The notes under the pieces: model-generated
The model's input: only the letters and a program-made list of their open reading frames with translations
Database searches by the model: none
Told to the model about the DNA's origin: nothing
From: Thecamonas trahens ATCC 50062
Lineage: Eukaryota; Protista; Apusomonadida
DNA length: 64,000 nucleotides
Direction: 5' to 3'
Assembly (NCBI RefSeq): GCF_000142905.1
Contig: NW_013657669.1
Coordinates: 496,001-560,000, forward strand
Made by a program: the position numbers and the translations under genes
In this document: piece by piece, positions 12,901-22,824 of the stretch
Layout of the letters: each line of letters opens with the position of its first letter
How positions within the stretch are numbered: position 1 is the stretch's first letter

Positions 12901-13368
12901 CCGCTGGCCGGGGCGCTGGACGTGGTCCGCGAGGCGCTGCCGAGCGTTGAGGCCACTGTGGCCGGTGTGCGGCAGGCGCTAATGGCAGTCCGGCGATTCA
13001 AGCAGTTCCTCGACTCGCTCATCGCTTACGCAGCCGACGACGTCCCCGAGGCCACGCTCGGCTCGGTCTCCAACCTCTCAGACGGCGTGGCCGACGCCGC
13101 GGCATCGCTTGTGGTGGCGACCAAGGGTTTTTCCCAGGCGGCCGACAATGCCGATGCATCCAGCGAGGTGCGGACAGCATGCGAGCTCCTCACCTCGCAC
13201 GCGCGGCGGCTGTACAAGGCCGCACGGGTCGTCACCGTTCACCATGACGCCTCACACATCATCTCGTATGCCACCGAAAAGCTTGATGGCAACGACAAGA
13301 GCGATGTCTCCACCATCAATGCCGTCATCGATGTCTGTCGTGCCTTGGAAGCGACCATCAACGAATGA
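9989..13368 (+). CDS. Rap/Ran-GAP domain + CNH domain protein (GARNL3-like); 5' end in or before the gap
   Basis: RapGAP motifs YKIGVLYVRAGQSREEEFFAN, GWNGYRAGLD, VMFHVCTMLP, QRKRQIGNDVTAIVF (Asn thumb), FLLTKLINGERA, followed by CNH-like ELLLCYDNKGVVVN...WTAAPSAFAYLDPYVLAV...VEVR. Confidence 0.9.
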
Positions 13369-13500
13369 ATGCACATAGAAGCAGCCGCTGTCGGGGGTAT
13401 GAGCAGTGAGCGATGAGCAGTGAGAGCGGACAACAAGTGACTTGTGCGAGGGAACGCGGGGAGACGGACAGGACCTCACACTCGTCGAACGAGGGAGGGC

Positions 13501-14892
13501 ATGTACAGTTCCCGGCGCAAGCGGCGTGGCAAGGGAGGGCCTTCGTGGGATGACCTCCGCGCCATGGGAAGTGGAGGGCATGGGCAAGGCCATGGGCATG
13601 GGCATGGGCATGGGCACGGGCATAGTGGACCTGGGCGGGTGGCGGCAGGTGGCGGAGGAGGCAAGACTGATGGTGGTGCGAACAATGGTCAAGGCCATCG
13701 TGATGGACAGCAGGTGATGGAAGACAGAAGCATGCATGGGCTTGGTGGAGAGGTTGATGCCGGCCTGGTGCGGAGCTCTGGCTTGGGCGAGTCGACCATG
13801 GGCGAGTCTGGCAAGGGCCCGTCGACGCGATGGAGTGGCGTGGGTCCGGCACCCGGCAGGGCTCCCAGTCAGGGCAATCGCGGGCGGCTCGGGTACGGCG
13901 ATGAAGAGGCAGGTAGTGTCAGATGCGAGGAGAGTGCGGATAGTGATAATGACGGACACGCTTGCGATCACGGGCATGGTGGCGGCGATCATGGGCATGG
14001 TGGCGGCGATCACGGGCATGGCACGCCGGAGTGGGTGCAGCTTGTGGACGAGTCCGGTCGTGTGATTGAGTTGTTCAAGGGTGTGCAGTGGCAACCGTCG
14101 GTCCACATCTGGAGTAAGCGGCCGTGGATCCGCCAGTTGGCGATGCTCTCTGTGGTCATTGGCCTCGCCATGCTCGCTGGGGTGTGGACGCTCGGGCGCG
14201 ATTTTCCCGAATGGGTGCCGATGATGAAGGGTGTGGCTCGACTCTCTGGCTACGTCTTTGCTGTGCTGCGGATCAACAACCTGTTCCTCACGATCATCTC
14301 CAAGCGAATGCGGTACGTACCGGATCCGTCGGTGACGTACGGAGTCATCAATGAGGACGTGCTCATCGAGGCCGACACCAAGACCAACTACTTTCGCAGC
14401 GTGGTGCCACCAGCGCTCGTTGGCAAATTGGACTCGGTGCACTACCAGTTTATCATCAAGCAGCTCAACAACAAGCGGCGCGACTCGGAGCTGTACACTC
14501 TCATTTCTGCACTGCTGTATATGATCTGGCTGGTGTGGTGGTACCTCGATGGGACAATCGGATGGAAGGTCGGCCTCGGCGCCGCCTTTGTCGGCGTCGG
14601 TATCATCCATCGGGTGTTCTCGATCCTGTGGTTCCAGGCTTGGGTGGTCAGGTTTTTCGACGAGGAGAACCTCCGGCTCTGCTACCTCGGCCAAGAGTGG
14701 GAGTTTGTCGACTACCCGCGACCGTCGTCGATCCTTGTCCGCTGCATTCCTCTCGCTGGCGTCCCGCTCGAGGACCAAATGCCGCAAGACGCCTCGCACG
14801 CTCATGATCACGACCTTGACCTCGCCGCCGGTATATCGCCCGCCAGCCCAGCCCTCCTTCCGCCGGTGGCGCCCAACCATAAAGACGATTAG
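13501..14892 (+). CDS. Hypothetical multi-pass membrane protein with His/Gly-rich N-terminus
   Basis: Long ORF with GC3-biased codons, (HG)n and DHGHGGG repeats, about four hydrophobic segments. Confidence 0.65.
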   Translation: MYSSRRKRRGKGGPSWDDLRAMGSGGHGQGHGHGHGHGHGHSGPGRVAAGGGGGKTDGGANNGQGHRDGQQVMEDRSMHGLGGEVDAGLVRSSGLGESTMGESGKGPSTRWSGVGPAPGRAPSQGNRGRLGYGDEEAGSVRCEESADSDNDGHACDHGHGGGDHGHGGGDHGHGTPEWVQLVDESGRVIELFKGVQWQPSVHIWSKRPWIRQLAMLSVVIGLAMLAGVWTLGRDFPEWVPMMKGVARLSGYVFAVLRINNLFLTIISKRMRYVPDPSVTYGVINEDVLIEADTKTNYFRSVVPPALVGKLDSVHYQFIIKQLNNKRRDSELYTLISALLYMIWLVWWYLDGTIGWKVGLGAAFVGVGIIHRVFSILWFQAWVVRFFDEENLRLCYLGQEWEFVDYPRPSSILVRCIPLAGVPLEDQMPQDASHAHDHDLDLAAGISPASPALLPPVAPNHKDD

Positions 14893-15070
14893 CAGCGAAA
14901 ACGAGCGATCGGTGCCACAAGTCGGGTCGACTTTGCGCCGAGTGGAACCGTCGCGAAGCGGTGACTGAAGCGAAACTGGCTAGCGCGACACCACCCAACT
15001 CCAACCACCACCACCACCACCCACCTCCGCCCCACCGCCCACCACCACCCCACACACATTTACACCCACC

Positions 15071-15844
15071 ATGGTACGCACAAGCATCTCCCTTATATTT
15101 GTCTCTCTCTCGTATGCTGCTCTGTCAGCATGTGCGCCTTGGCCAGCCCTGTCCCAGCATAGCAGGGGGAGGGGCGGGCGGGGGGGGGCAGGGATTTCTG
15201 GCGATTGTTTGTATTCGTCAATTATTTTTGGGCAGAGCAGAGCCGGCAGCAGGTGGCGACCGAGGGCGCAGACCATTATTGATGGTGGTGGCCACGGACG
15301 ATGGTCATGGGTGTGGTCTTGAGGAAGAGGGAGGGGGCGTGAAACTTACCGATGCAGTGGGGATGGAATGTAGGCTTTGGAGGCAGTCAACCCGGAACAG
15401 TTTCTTGTGGGACTCGTGGGCAAGAAGGTCCTGCTCAAGCTCAAGTGGGGCCCGGCGTACACAGGGCTTCTGCTCTCGTCCGACTCGCACATGAACATCC
15501 AGCTGGACAACGCGTGTGAGGTCGATCCTGCATCGGGCGAGGAGACTCTGCTCGGTGAGGTGGTCTTCCGGTAAGTGATGATCACAGAGTGAGAGAGGGA
15601 GGGAGGGAGGAGGAGAACAACCAGTGATGAAGTTACCACCTTTGGCTGTGGTTCTGAGATAATCTTATGACTGAGAATTAATTGGTTACAAAAGGACCTG
15701 AGGCTGTTCTCCTCGCTCCCATGGCGCGTAGGTAGTGATAAGAGTGAGCGAGCGGTGTAGGCGGGTGGCCATGTACTCACCACAATATGCTCGTGCAGAT
15801 GCAACAACATCCTTTACATCCGCGATCTCGCCGAGGCTGCATAA
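15071..15844 (+). CDS. SNRPF: Small nuclear ribonucleoprotein SmF; exons 15071-15073, 15374-15570, 15799-15844
   Basis: Spliced product M|ALEAVNPEQFLVGLVGKKVLLKLKWGPAYTGLLLSSDSHMNIQLDNACE...LGEVVFR|CNNILYIRD matches the SmF NP..FL..L.GK...KLKWG and GEV.IRCNN.LYI signatures. Confidence 0.9.
15619..15706 (+). ncRNA. Intronic box C/D snoRNA (2'-O-methylation guide for LSU rRNA)
   Basis: Box C GTGATGA 15624-15630, D' CTGA 15654-15657, C'-like ATGACTGA 15667-15674, D CTGA 15698-15701. Flanking stem GAGGAGAACAACC/GGCTGTTCTCCTC pairs 12/13. Guide CCTTTGGCTGTGGTT is complementary to conserved LSU rRNA AACCACAGCCAAGGG. Confidence 0.88.
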
Positions 15845-16251
15845 GATGCAGACTGTGTTGGTGCTCCGAACATACGCCGATCATACCGCGGCATGAGCGT
15901 TTCGATTGCCCAGCAGAAGGGGGGGGGCAATATGACTATTGAGTCGTGGCATTGTCGGCCATGGCCCCGTCTGCCCCCCTCCCCCGCGCGCCTTTGCGGC
16001 GGCCACAACTGTATGTGGCCCGGGCCGCTTTAAAATCCGAAAACAAACATCAAACATAACGTCTTGAGAGAGAGAGATCGCGCGCAAAGCCAAGTCGGGG
16101 TGATAGCGATGTGAGCCGGGTGCCTTGCGCTGGCCTGGGAGGGGGGGGAGAGCTGACCGACCCGTCCTCAAGCCGCCCCATTCCCCCCCCCCCTCCCTCA
16201 CCTCACCTCACCTCACCTCGCCTCACCTCACTCGAGCTGTCACCACCGAGC

Positions 16252-17340
16252 ATGTCGTTCATCCGAACCAACGTCCTTGCCTTCTGCACTGGCATTAGCA
16301 TCTCCGGTGCCTATGTTGTACGTGTGCCATAGTACACAAGGGAGGGGGAGGGGGGAAGAGGTCGTGCTGCCCCTCCCCTCCTACCTCCTCCGTCACCCTA
16401 CGCACACTGCACACAACACACAATACCACAAGCACATACACACATATAGAGATATATATAGAGATACATGTATATATCCACACGTATCCCCCCTTTCCCG
16501 TCTTGTACGACTATACTCACCTATGCTATCATCCCCTCCTCCTCAACCACCCCCCCCCACCCCACACACACACACACAACACACATACGTACGCATGTGT
16601 ATGCACATGTCGGATGGTGGCTTGTGTGGGTTATGGCGTGCACTGGGCGGGGTGAACTGTGTCTGGGGAACTTGCTTGTGGCCTTGCCTCTGGCTGCCTC
16701 TGGCTGCCTCTGGCTGCCTCCGACATACTGCCTCTGACTGCCTCTGGCTGCCTCCGACTGCCCTCATACTGCCTCCGACTTCCTCCGACTGGCTCGCTCT
16801 CATCGGCTTGGACTGGGTTGACTGGGTTGACTGACTCGCTCTCGTCTTCTCTGGCTGGGTGGACTGGCTGGATGGACTGGCTGGATGGATGGGTGGCTCG
16901 GATGCTTCCGCGTCGCTGCTCGTCGGATCACTCTTTGTCGACATCTCGACGCCTCAACGCATGACCGCCTCCTGTTTGCGACCTACTGCTACTACTATGG
17001 ACGGTGGTGAGGGGCGTAGGCATACAAATTCAAGAACGCGTCGGATGTGGCGGCGGAGCAGCTCGAAGCTGCGCTGGGCAACCTGTCGCAGTCTGTGGCG
17101 GTGATGAACAAGCACCTGGCGACGATGGAGAAGCTCAAGGCCGAAGTCAACTCGCTGGCTACCAAGGTGGCTCTGCAGGACAGCGACATTGCCGCTGTCA
17201 AGGCCGCTGTGGCCGATACCTCGGAGAGCGTCGCCGCGGAGGTTGCCGCTGTCAGTGCGTCGGTCGCGCACCTCAAGAGTGACATGCTCGAGTATGTTCC
17301 CGCCGCCCGCGTTGCTGCCAAGGTTGACGGCAGCCAGTAG
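16252..17340 (+). CDS. Small protein with N-terminal hydrophobic segment and coiled coil; exons 16252-16317, 17020-17340
   Basis: MSFIRTNVLAFCTGISISGAYV|AYKFKNASDVAAEQLEAALGNL... joined in frame across GTACGT...CGTAG. The intron carries short tandem repeats (TGGCTGCCTC, GACTGGGTT). Confidence 0.7.
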
Positions 17341-17738
17341 ATCGTCACTCTGCCACGCTACGCGCTGCGCCTTGACCGGCGCACTGGCCTCGCGCCGGCC
17401 GCATGGCCCTCTCCGCCGTCGGCCGTGTGCGCCCGCCGCCCATGCTCCTGCTTGCGTGAGCAGGCGAGGCCATAATCACCACTGCCTCTCCACGGTTTCC
17501 CCGATCCAACAAAGACCGACTTTCGTCAACCATCGCCTCGACTTGCCAGCCGATTGTGGCTGTCGCGACAGGCGGGAGAGTGCGACTCGGGCTGAGTGCG
17601 AGAGTGCGACACGTCGACACGTCGACCGCAGCAGCACCAGCGGTACAGGCAGGGATGGAGGCGAGGCTCGGGAGAGGGGTAGCGATTGGCGACAGACTCG
17701 ACTTTTGTAGCGGGACTACTTGATACTACCCAGTTTCG

Positions 17739-19910
17739 ATGCTGAGCTTTGCCCGTGGATGTGGAAAGTGTATGGCCCAGGCTGGCGGTGCAGGTGTGGC
17801 GGGAGTGGCGGTCGCTGCCTGGCGTGGAGCCAGTGTTCGCTTCAGTTCGCAAATGGCCGGTGCGGGCAGTGGCGGGCGCGGAGAGAAAAGCCGGGCAAAG
17901 TTTACGATTTTGGACGTCCGGGCCCGATTTGAAGCAGGCGAGCCGTTTACCATGCTCACAGCATACGACTACTCGTCGGCCAAGGTGTGCGAAGACGCCG
18001 GGGTGGACATGATCCTTGTGGGCGACTCGCTGGCGCAGACCATGCTTGGCCACGGATCGACCAACGGGGTGACGATGGACATGATGGTGCACCACGCCAA
18101 GGCCGTGGCCGCCGGAGCCAAGTCGCCGTTTCTGGTCGGTGACATGCCTTTCGGCTCGTACGAGGTGGCGCCGCAGGAGGCCATCGCCAACGCTATCCGG
18201 TACCTGGCCGAGGGCGGGATGGACGGGGTCAAGATGGAGGGCGGGGTCAAGATGGCGGCGACGGCCAAGGCGATTGTGGACGCCGGCGTACCTGTGGTCG
18301 GCCATATTGGGCTCACGCCGCAGACCTCGTCATCGCTCGGCGGATACCGGGTACAGGGGCGGACGGCCGAGTCGGCCAAGGCGCTGCTTGCCGACGCGCT
18401 GGCGATGCAGGACGCCGGGTGCTTTGCCATTGTGCTCGAGGCTCTGCCGCAGCGGGTGGCGTCGTACATTGTGAGCAAGCTCTCTGTGCCGACCATCGGC
18501 ATCGGCGCCGGTCCGCACACCGCCGGGCAAGTTCTTGTCTACCACGACATGCTTGGCCTGTTTGACGCGCCTGTCCCCAAGTTCTGCAAGCAGTACGCCC
18601 AGCTGCGGCACGATGCAGTGGCAGCTGTGCGCCAGTTTAAGAACGAAGTGGCGGCGAGAGCGTATCCGGGGCCCGAGCACTGCTACAAGGTGCAGACGGC
18701 GGAGCTCCGTGCACTGGTCGGCGACGACATGGCTGTGCGCGACGAGCGGCCGCCGCCGGCAGCGTCGACGCTGCGGGTGGCGGTTCTCGGCGCCGGTGCG
18801 ATGGGCTCGCTGCTGGCCNNNNNNNNNNNNNNNNNNNNNNNNNNNNNNNNNNNNNNNNNNNNNNNNNNNNNNNNNNNNNNNNNNNNNNNNNNNNNNNNNN
18901 NNNNNNNNNNNNNNNNNNTGGGCCTTGCGGCGAGTGCGCCCGAGCTGGGCAGCGATGGTGGCGGTGGGCCACACCATGCGGTGTGGGTTGTCGACGAGTG
19001 GGCGGCGCAGATCCAGCGGATCCAGGCCGACGGGCTCTCAGTCATCGATGCCGAGAGTGGGCAGAAGGAGACGGTGACGAGCGTGGCGGCGACCGTGCCC
19101 AAGGGCGTGCCCGGTCCGTGGATGGGCCCGCGGCAGTACGCCGACGTGGTGGTGGTGGCGGTGAAGCAGCGCGGGACGGCAGCGGCGGCGGCGCTTGCGG
19201 CCAAGCTCCTTGCGCCCGATGGCGGACTCGTTCTCACGCTGCAAAACGGGCTAGGCCATGTGGAGCAGCTTGCGGATGCGCTGCCGTCGGCGACGATTGT
19301 GCAGGGTGTGATGGAGGGCGGAGCGACGCTGCGGCACGGGACGTCGACGGTGGTGCAAAACGGGCGCGGGCCGCTTGCGCTGGGCATTGCCCAGCTTGGT
19401 GAGGGCGGCAACACGACGCGCGCTGCGCGTGAAGTGGCCACGCTGGAGCGGATGCTTGCAGCTGCCGGCCTCGACGTCTCGACGGTGGAGGACATCGAGG
19501 CGCGAGTGTGGGCCAAGCTCATGGTCAACGCGGCGATCAACCCGGTGACGGCAGTGCTGGGGCGGAAGAACGGGGTCATTGCCAAGTCGGCGCGTGCGCG
19601 CGAGCTGGTCCAGGTTGTGGTGGCCGAGGCCTCGGCGGTGGCAGAGGCGCGCGGCATCAAGGGCGTCGATCCGGCTGTTGTTGTTGACCATGTTGTCCGG
19701 GTCGCCAACAACACATTTGAGAACACGTCGTCGATGCTGGCCGATGTCCGGCGCGGGGTCGAGACCGAGGTCGATGCCATCAACGGTGCGATTGTTCGCG
19801 AGGGTGCGGCGGCCGGTGTGCCGACGCCGGTCAATGCCCTCCTTTGCACCCTCGTCGGCGCTCTCGGCGAGCCGCCGCTAACAAAGTCACGGACGGCGAG
19901 CCGTCGCTGA
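17739..19910 (+). CDS. panB-panE: Bifunctional ketopantoate hydroxymethyltransferase / ketopantoate reductase (PanB-PanE fusion) with mitochondrial-like presequence
   Basis: PanB motifs MLTAYDY, ILVGDSL, GDMPFGSY, VKMEGG, GHIGLTPQ, PTIGIGAG, GQVLVYHDMLG. PanE motifs VAVLGAGAMG, VAVK, LQNGLG, WAKLMVNAAINP, SSMLADV..G..TEVDAING. A 100-N gap lies at 18819-18918. Confidence 0.93.
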   Translation: MLSFARGCGKCMAQAGGAGVAGVAVAAWRGASVRFSSQMAGAGSGGRGEKSRAKFTILDVRARFEAGEPFTMLTAYDYSSAKVCEDAGVDMILVGDSLAQTMLGHGSTNGVTMDMMVHHAKAVAAGAKSPFLVGDMPFGSYEVAPQEAIANAIRYLAEGGMDGVKMEGGVKMAATAKAIVDAGVPVVGHIGLTPQTSSSLGGYRVQGRTAESAKALLADALAMQDAGCFAIVLEALPQRVASYIVSKLSVPTIGIGAGPHTAGQVLVYHDMLGLFDAPVPKFCKQYAQLRHDAVAAVRQFKNEVAARAYPGPEHCYKVQTAELRALVGDDMAVRDERPPPAASTLRVAVLGAGAMGSLLAXXXXXXXXXXXXXXXXXXXXXXXXXXXXXXXXXXGLAASAPELGSDGGGGPHHAVWVVDEWAAQIQRIQADGLSVIDAESGQKETVTSVAATVPKGVPGPWMGPRQYADVVVVAVKQRGTAAAAALAAKLLAPDGGLVLTLQNGLGHVEQLADALPSATIVQGVMEGGATLRHGTSTVVQNGRGPLALGIAQLGEGGNTTRAAREVATLERMLAAAGLDVSTVEDIEARVWAKLMVNAAINPVTAVLGRKNGVIAKSARARELVQVVVAEASAVAEARGIKGVDPAVVVDHVVRVANNTFENTSSMLADVRRGVETEVDAINGAIVREGAAAGVPTPVNALLCTLVGALGEPPLTKSRTASRR

Positions 19911-19967
19911 CGACGAGTGTAGGATGACGGGGCAAGAGGAAAATTGGTGGTTTACACCGAGCGCAGC

Positions 19968-22361
19968 TTACTCGAGCTCAACGTTGCCGGCGAGCGGGTT
20001 CGAGACCATCTTGGTCTGGCCCTCGTAGAGCGGCGACGAGCCGAGCATCGAGTCAGCGTTGGCGGTCTCGTCGAGCTTGTTCTGGTATGCGGCGTTGGAG
20101 GCCCGGTAGCGCTTGACAAAGAAGACGACACCCACGATGATGGCGACAAGGGCGAGGAAGCCGACAGCCGATGCGATGGCAATGACCGTGGTCGCGTTCT
20201 CGTTCTTGGCAGCCTGCGGCGGGAGGTACACGTAGTTGCACTGCGCCGTCTGGTTGCACACCTTTGAGTACGTCGACGCCGGCGAGAAGAGCAGACCGCA
20301 ATCGTTAAAGTCACGACAGTCGACACACTCGCCAGACTTGCAGTACTGGCCATGGCAGCGCGGGTTGCAGTTGACCAGTCCCTCGGGGAGGATGACGCCA
20401 GGCGTCGGATCGGCGAGGTCGTTGTCGCGGTCAAACTCACACATCCGGTGCCCGTTGTTGGTCACGCACTTGGGAGGCGTCGGATCGCCCTCCTCGGAGA
20501 ACCGATCGCAATGCGAGTCGCGGATGCACTGCTGGCACCGGTTCGTCGACAGGTCGCAGAAAAAGTTCGGCGAGCAGTCGGTCGAGACCGAGCACACGGT
20601 AGCGCCCGAGAAATCAAAGTTGTACCAATCAACCGGGTGCGAGCCGCCAGGGCCGTTCCCGTTGGTGTTCGACGAGCCGGCCGCAACCTCGTAGTTGAAC
20701 CGTGGCGTGTCGAGCGGCTGGAACTTGCGCTCGGGGTACGTCGTCCACTCGTAGTCGACATCAAGAAGGAAGTTGGCATTGCACGGCGGGACAGCAAGGA
20801 TGTCGCCCTCGACGCCACCCTCGTTACACGCGTGCTTGTTGCCGCTCTCCTCCTTGTACGTGATGACCGTCGAGAAGCAGATCATCGTCACCTCACGGGT
20901 GATGTTGACGATCCAGTCGGCCGGGTTGAAGTCGTTGACATGGCCGTAGAAGCCGGTCAGATGGCGGACAGCCTGCGCCGAGTTGGTGAGGAGGGTGGCA
21001 AGGTAGTCAGCAGTGTTGAGCGACTTGTCGAGCGAGAACTTGTTGATGTCACGGAGCTTGACACCGTTCTCAATATCCCACACAATGAACGAGACCTGCT
21101 GGACGTCGGACGAGTGGAGGTTGAAAACATCGCTGGTGGCAGCGACGAGCCTGGGCGCGTCGTCCTTGACGTCCAGGGCCACACCACACGCACAGTCCTC
21201 GGGGTTGTCAATCTTGAACATCTCCATGTCAACGTAGATGGCAGCCGGAATCTTGGCGTAGCAGCCCTCGGGGTTCTCGGCCGTGACGAGCTCGCCCTCG
21301 ACGCCACAGAGGACGAGACCGGGCGAGTCGACCCAAGACATGGGGTCAAAGAAGTCGTCATCAGAGTCGACGGTGTTCTGGTCGAGCGGCGGAGGCGGCG
21401 ACGGCGGCGGAGGCGGCGACGGCGGGGGCGGCGACGGCGGCGNNNNNNNNNNNNNNNNNNNNNNNNNNNNNNNNNNNNNNNNNNNNNNNNNNNNNNNNNN
21501 NNNNNNNNNNNNNNNNNNNNNNNNNNNNNNNNNNNNNNNNNNNNNNNNNNNNNNNNNNNNNNNNNNNNNNNNNNNNNNNNNNNNNNNNNNNNNNNNNNNN
21601 NNNNNNNNNNNNNNNNNNNNNNNNNNNNNNNNNNNNNNNNNNNNNNNNNNNNNNNNNNNNNNNNNNNNNNNNNNNNNNNNNNNNNNNNNNNNNNNNNNNN
21701 NNNNNNNNNNNNNNNNNNNNNNNNNNNNNNNNNNNNNNNNNNNNNNNNNNNNNNNNNNNNNNNNNNNNNNNNNNNNNNNNNNNNNNNNNNNNNNNNNNNN
21801 NNNNNNNNNNNNNNNNNNNNNNNNNNNNNNNNNNNNNNNNNNNNNNNNNNNNNNNNNNNNNNNNNNNNNNNNNNNNNNNNNNNNNNNNNNNNNNNNNNNN
21901 NNNNNNNNNNNNNNNNNNNNNNNNNNNNNNNNNNNNNNNNNNNNNNNNNNNNNNNNNNNNNNNNNNNNNNNNNNNNNNNNNNNNNNNNNNNNNNNNNNNN
22001 NNNNNNNNNNNNNNNNNNNNNNNNNNNNNNNNNNNNNNNNNNNNNNNNNNNNNNNNNNNNNNNNNNNNNNNNNNNNNNNNNNNNNNNNNNNNNNNNNNNN
22101 NNNNNNNNNNNNNNNNNNNNNNNNNNNNNNNNNNNNNNNNNNNNNNNNNNNNNNNNNNNNNNNNNNNNNNNNNNNNNNNNNNNNNNNNNNNNNNNNNNNN
22201 NNNNNNNNNNNNNNNNNNNNNNNNNNNNNNNNNNNNNNNNNNNNNNNNNNNNNNNNNNNNNNNNNNNNNNNNNNNNNNNNNNNNNNNNNNNNNNNNNNNN
22301 NNNNAAGGGCAAGCGCGAGCACCACAAGGAGAAGGGTGCGCGGTGAGATGGAAATCTTCAT
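19968..22361 (-). CDS. Type I membrane protein: signal peptide, gap, (SPPPP)n stalk, Cys-rich repeats, one TM helix, short tail with tandem NPxY-like motifs
   Basis: MKISISPRTLLLVVLALAL; C..DC..CD....CQQC..D.HC repeats; TM VIAIASAVGFLALVAIIVGVVFFV; tail SSPLYEGQTKMVSNPLA. Spans the N gap 21443-22304. Confidence 0.75.
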   Translation of the reverse strand: MKISISPRTLLLVVLALALXXXXXXXXXXXXXXXXXXXXXXXXXXXXXXXXXXXXXXXXXXXXXXXXXXXXXXXXXXXXXXXXXXXXXXXXXXXXXXXXXXXXXXXXXXXXXXXXXXXXXXXXXXXXXXXXXXXXXXXXXXXXXXXXXXXXXXXXXXXXXXXXXXXXXXXXXXXXXXXXXXXXXXXXXXXXXXXXXXXXXXXXXXXXXXXXXXXXXXXXXXXXXXXXXXXXXXXXXXXXXXXXXXXXXXXXXXXXXXXXXXXXXXXXXXXXXXXXXXXXXXXXXXXXXXXXXXXXXXXXXXXXXXXXPPSPPPPSPPPPPSPPPPLDQNTVDSDDDFFDPMSWVDSPGLVLCGVEGELVTAENPEGCYAKIPAAIYVDMEMFKIDNPEDCACGVALDVKDDAPRLVAATSDVFNLHSSDVQQVSFIVWDIENGVKLRDINKFSLDKSLNTADYLATLLTNSAQAVRHLTGFYGHVNDFNPADWIVNITREVTMICFSTVITYKEESGNKHACNEGGVEGDILAVPPCNANFLLDVDYEWTTYPERKFQPLDTPRFNYEVAAGSSNTNGNGPGGSHPVDWYNFDFSGATVCSVSTDCSPNFFCDLSTNRCQQCIRDSHCDRFSEEGDPTPPKCVTNNGHRMCEFDRDNDLADPTPGVILPEGLVNCNPRCHGQYCKSGECVDCRDFNDCGLLFSPASTYSKVCNQTAQCNYVYLPPQAAKNENATTVIAIASAVGFLALVAIIVGVVFFVKRYRASNAAYQNKLDETANADSMLGSSPLYEGQTKMVSNPLAGNVELE

Positions 22362-22824
22362 TATTGCCTATGGGTATGGGCATTGGCATGGAGGTGGACA
22401 AAGCCCAAAAGAATTCAGAAGCCGTTGGCGAAGGAGATGCGGAGTGAGTGGGAGTGCCCGACACCGAAAAAAAAGGGCTAAGAAAAGCGGGCAAGGCGAC
22501 CAGCTGCAATATGGGAAGGCGAAAAAACGGCCTGGTACAATCAGCTTTCCACCTCCGTTTCCACGGCTAGCCCGCAACGATATGTGTGCAGAAAAGCTCC
22601 TCGGAGCGGGGATGCTGCATGTGCTGTGTGGTCTGATGATGAGCAACTTGTATTCGCGTTGGGGGGCCTTGACTGAGGGCCGGAGACGCAGGGCAGGGAG
22701 AGGAGGGGAGGGGGGGGAGGGAGGGAAGAACGCACGCGTAATGAAGAGCGAGTCGAATGCCGTTTCTTCCCGCACGCGCCGTTGCAAAGCGTGTGACCTG
22801 TTTTTCGTGTGCAAACGCACGAAA

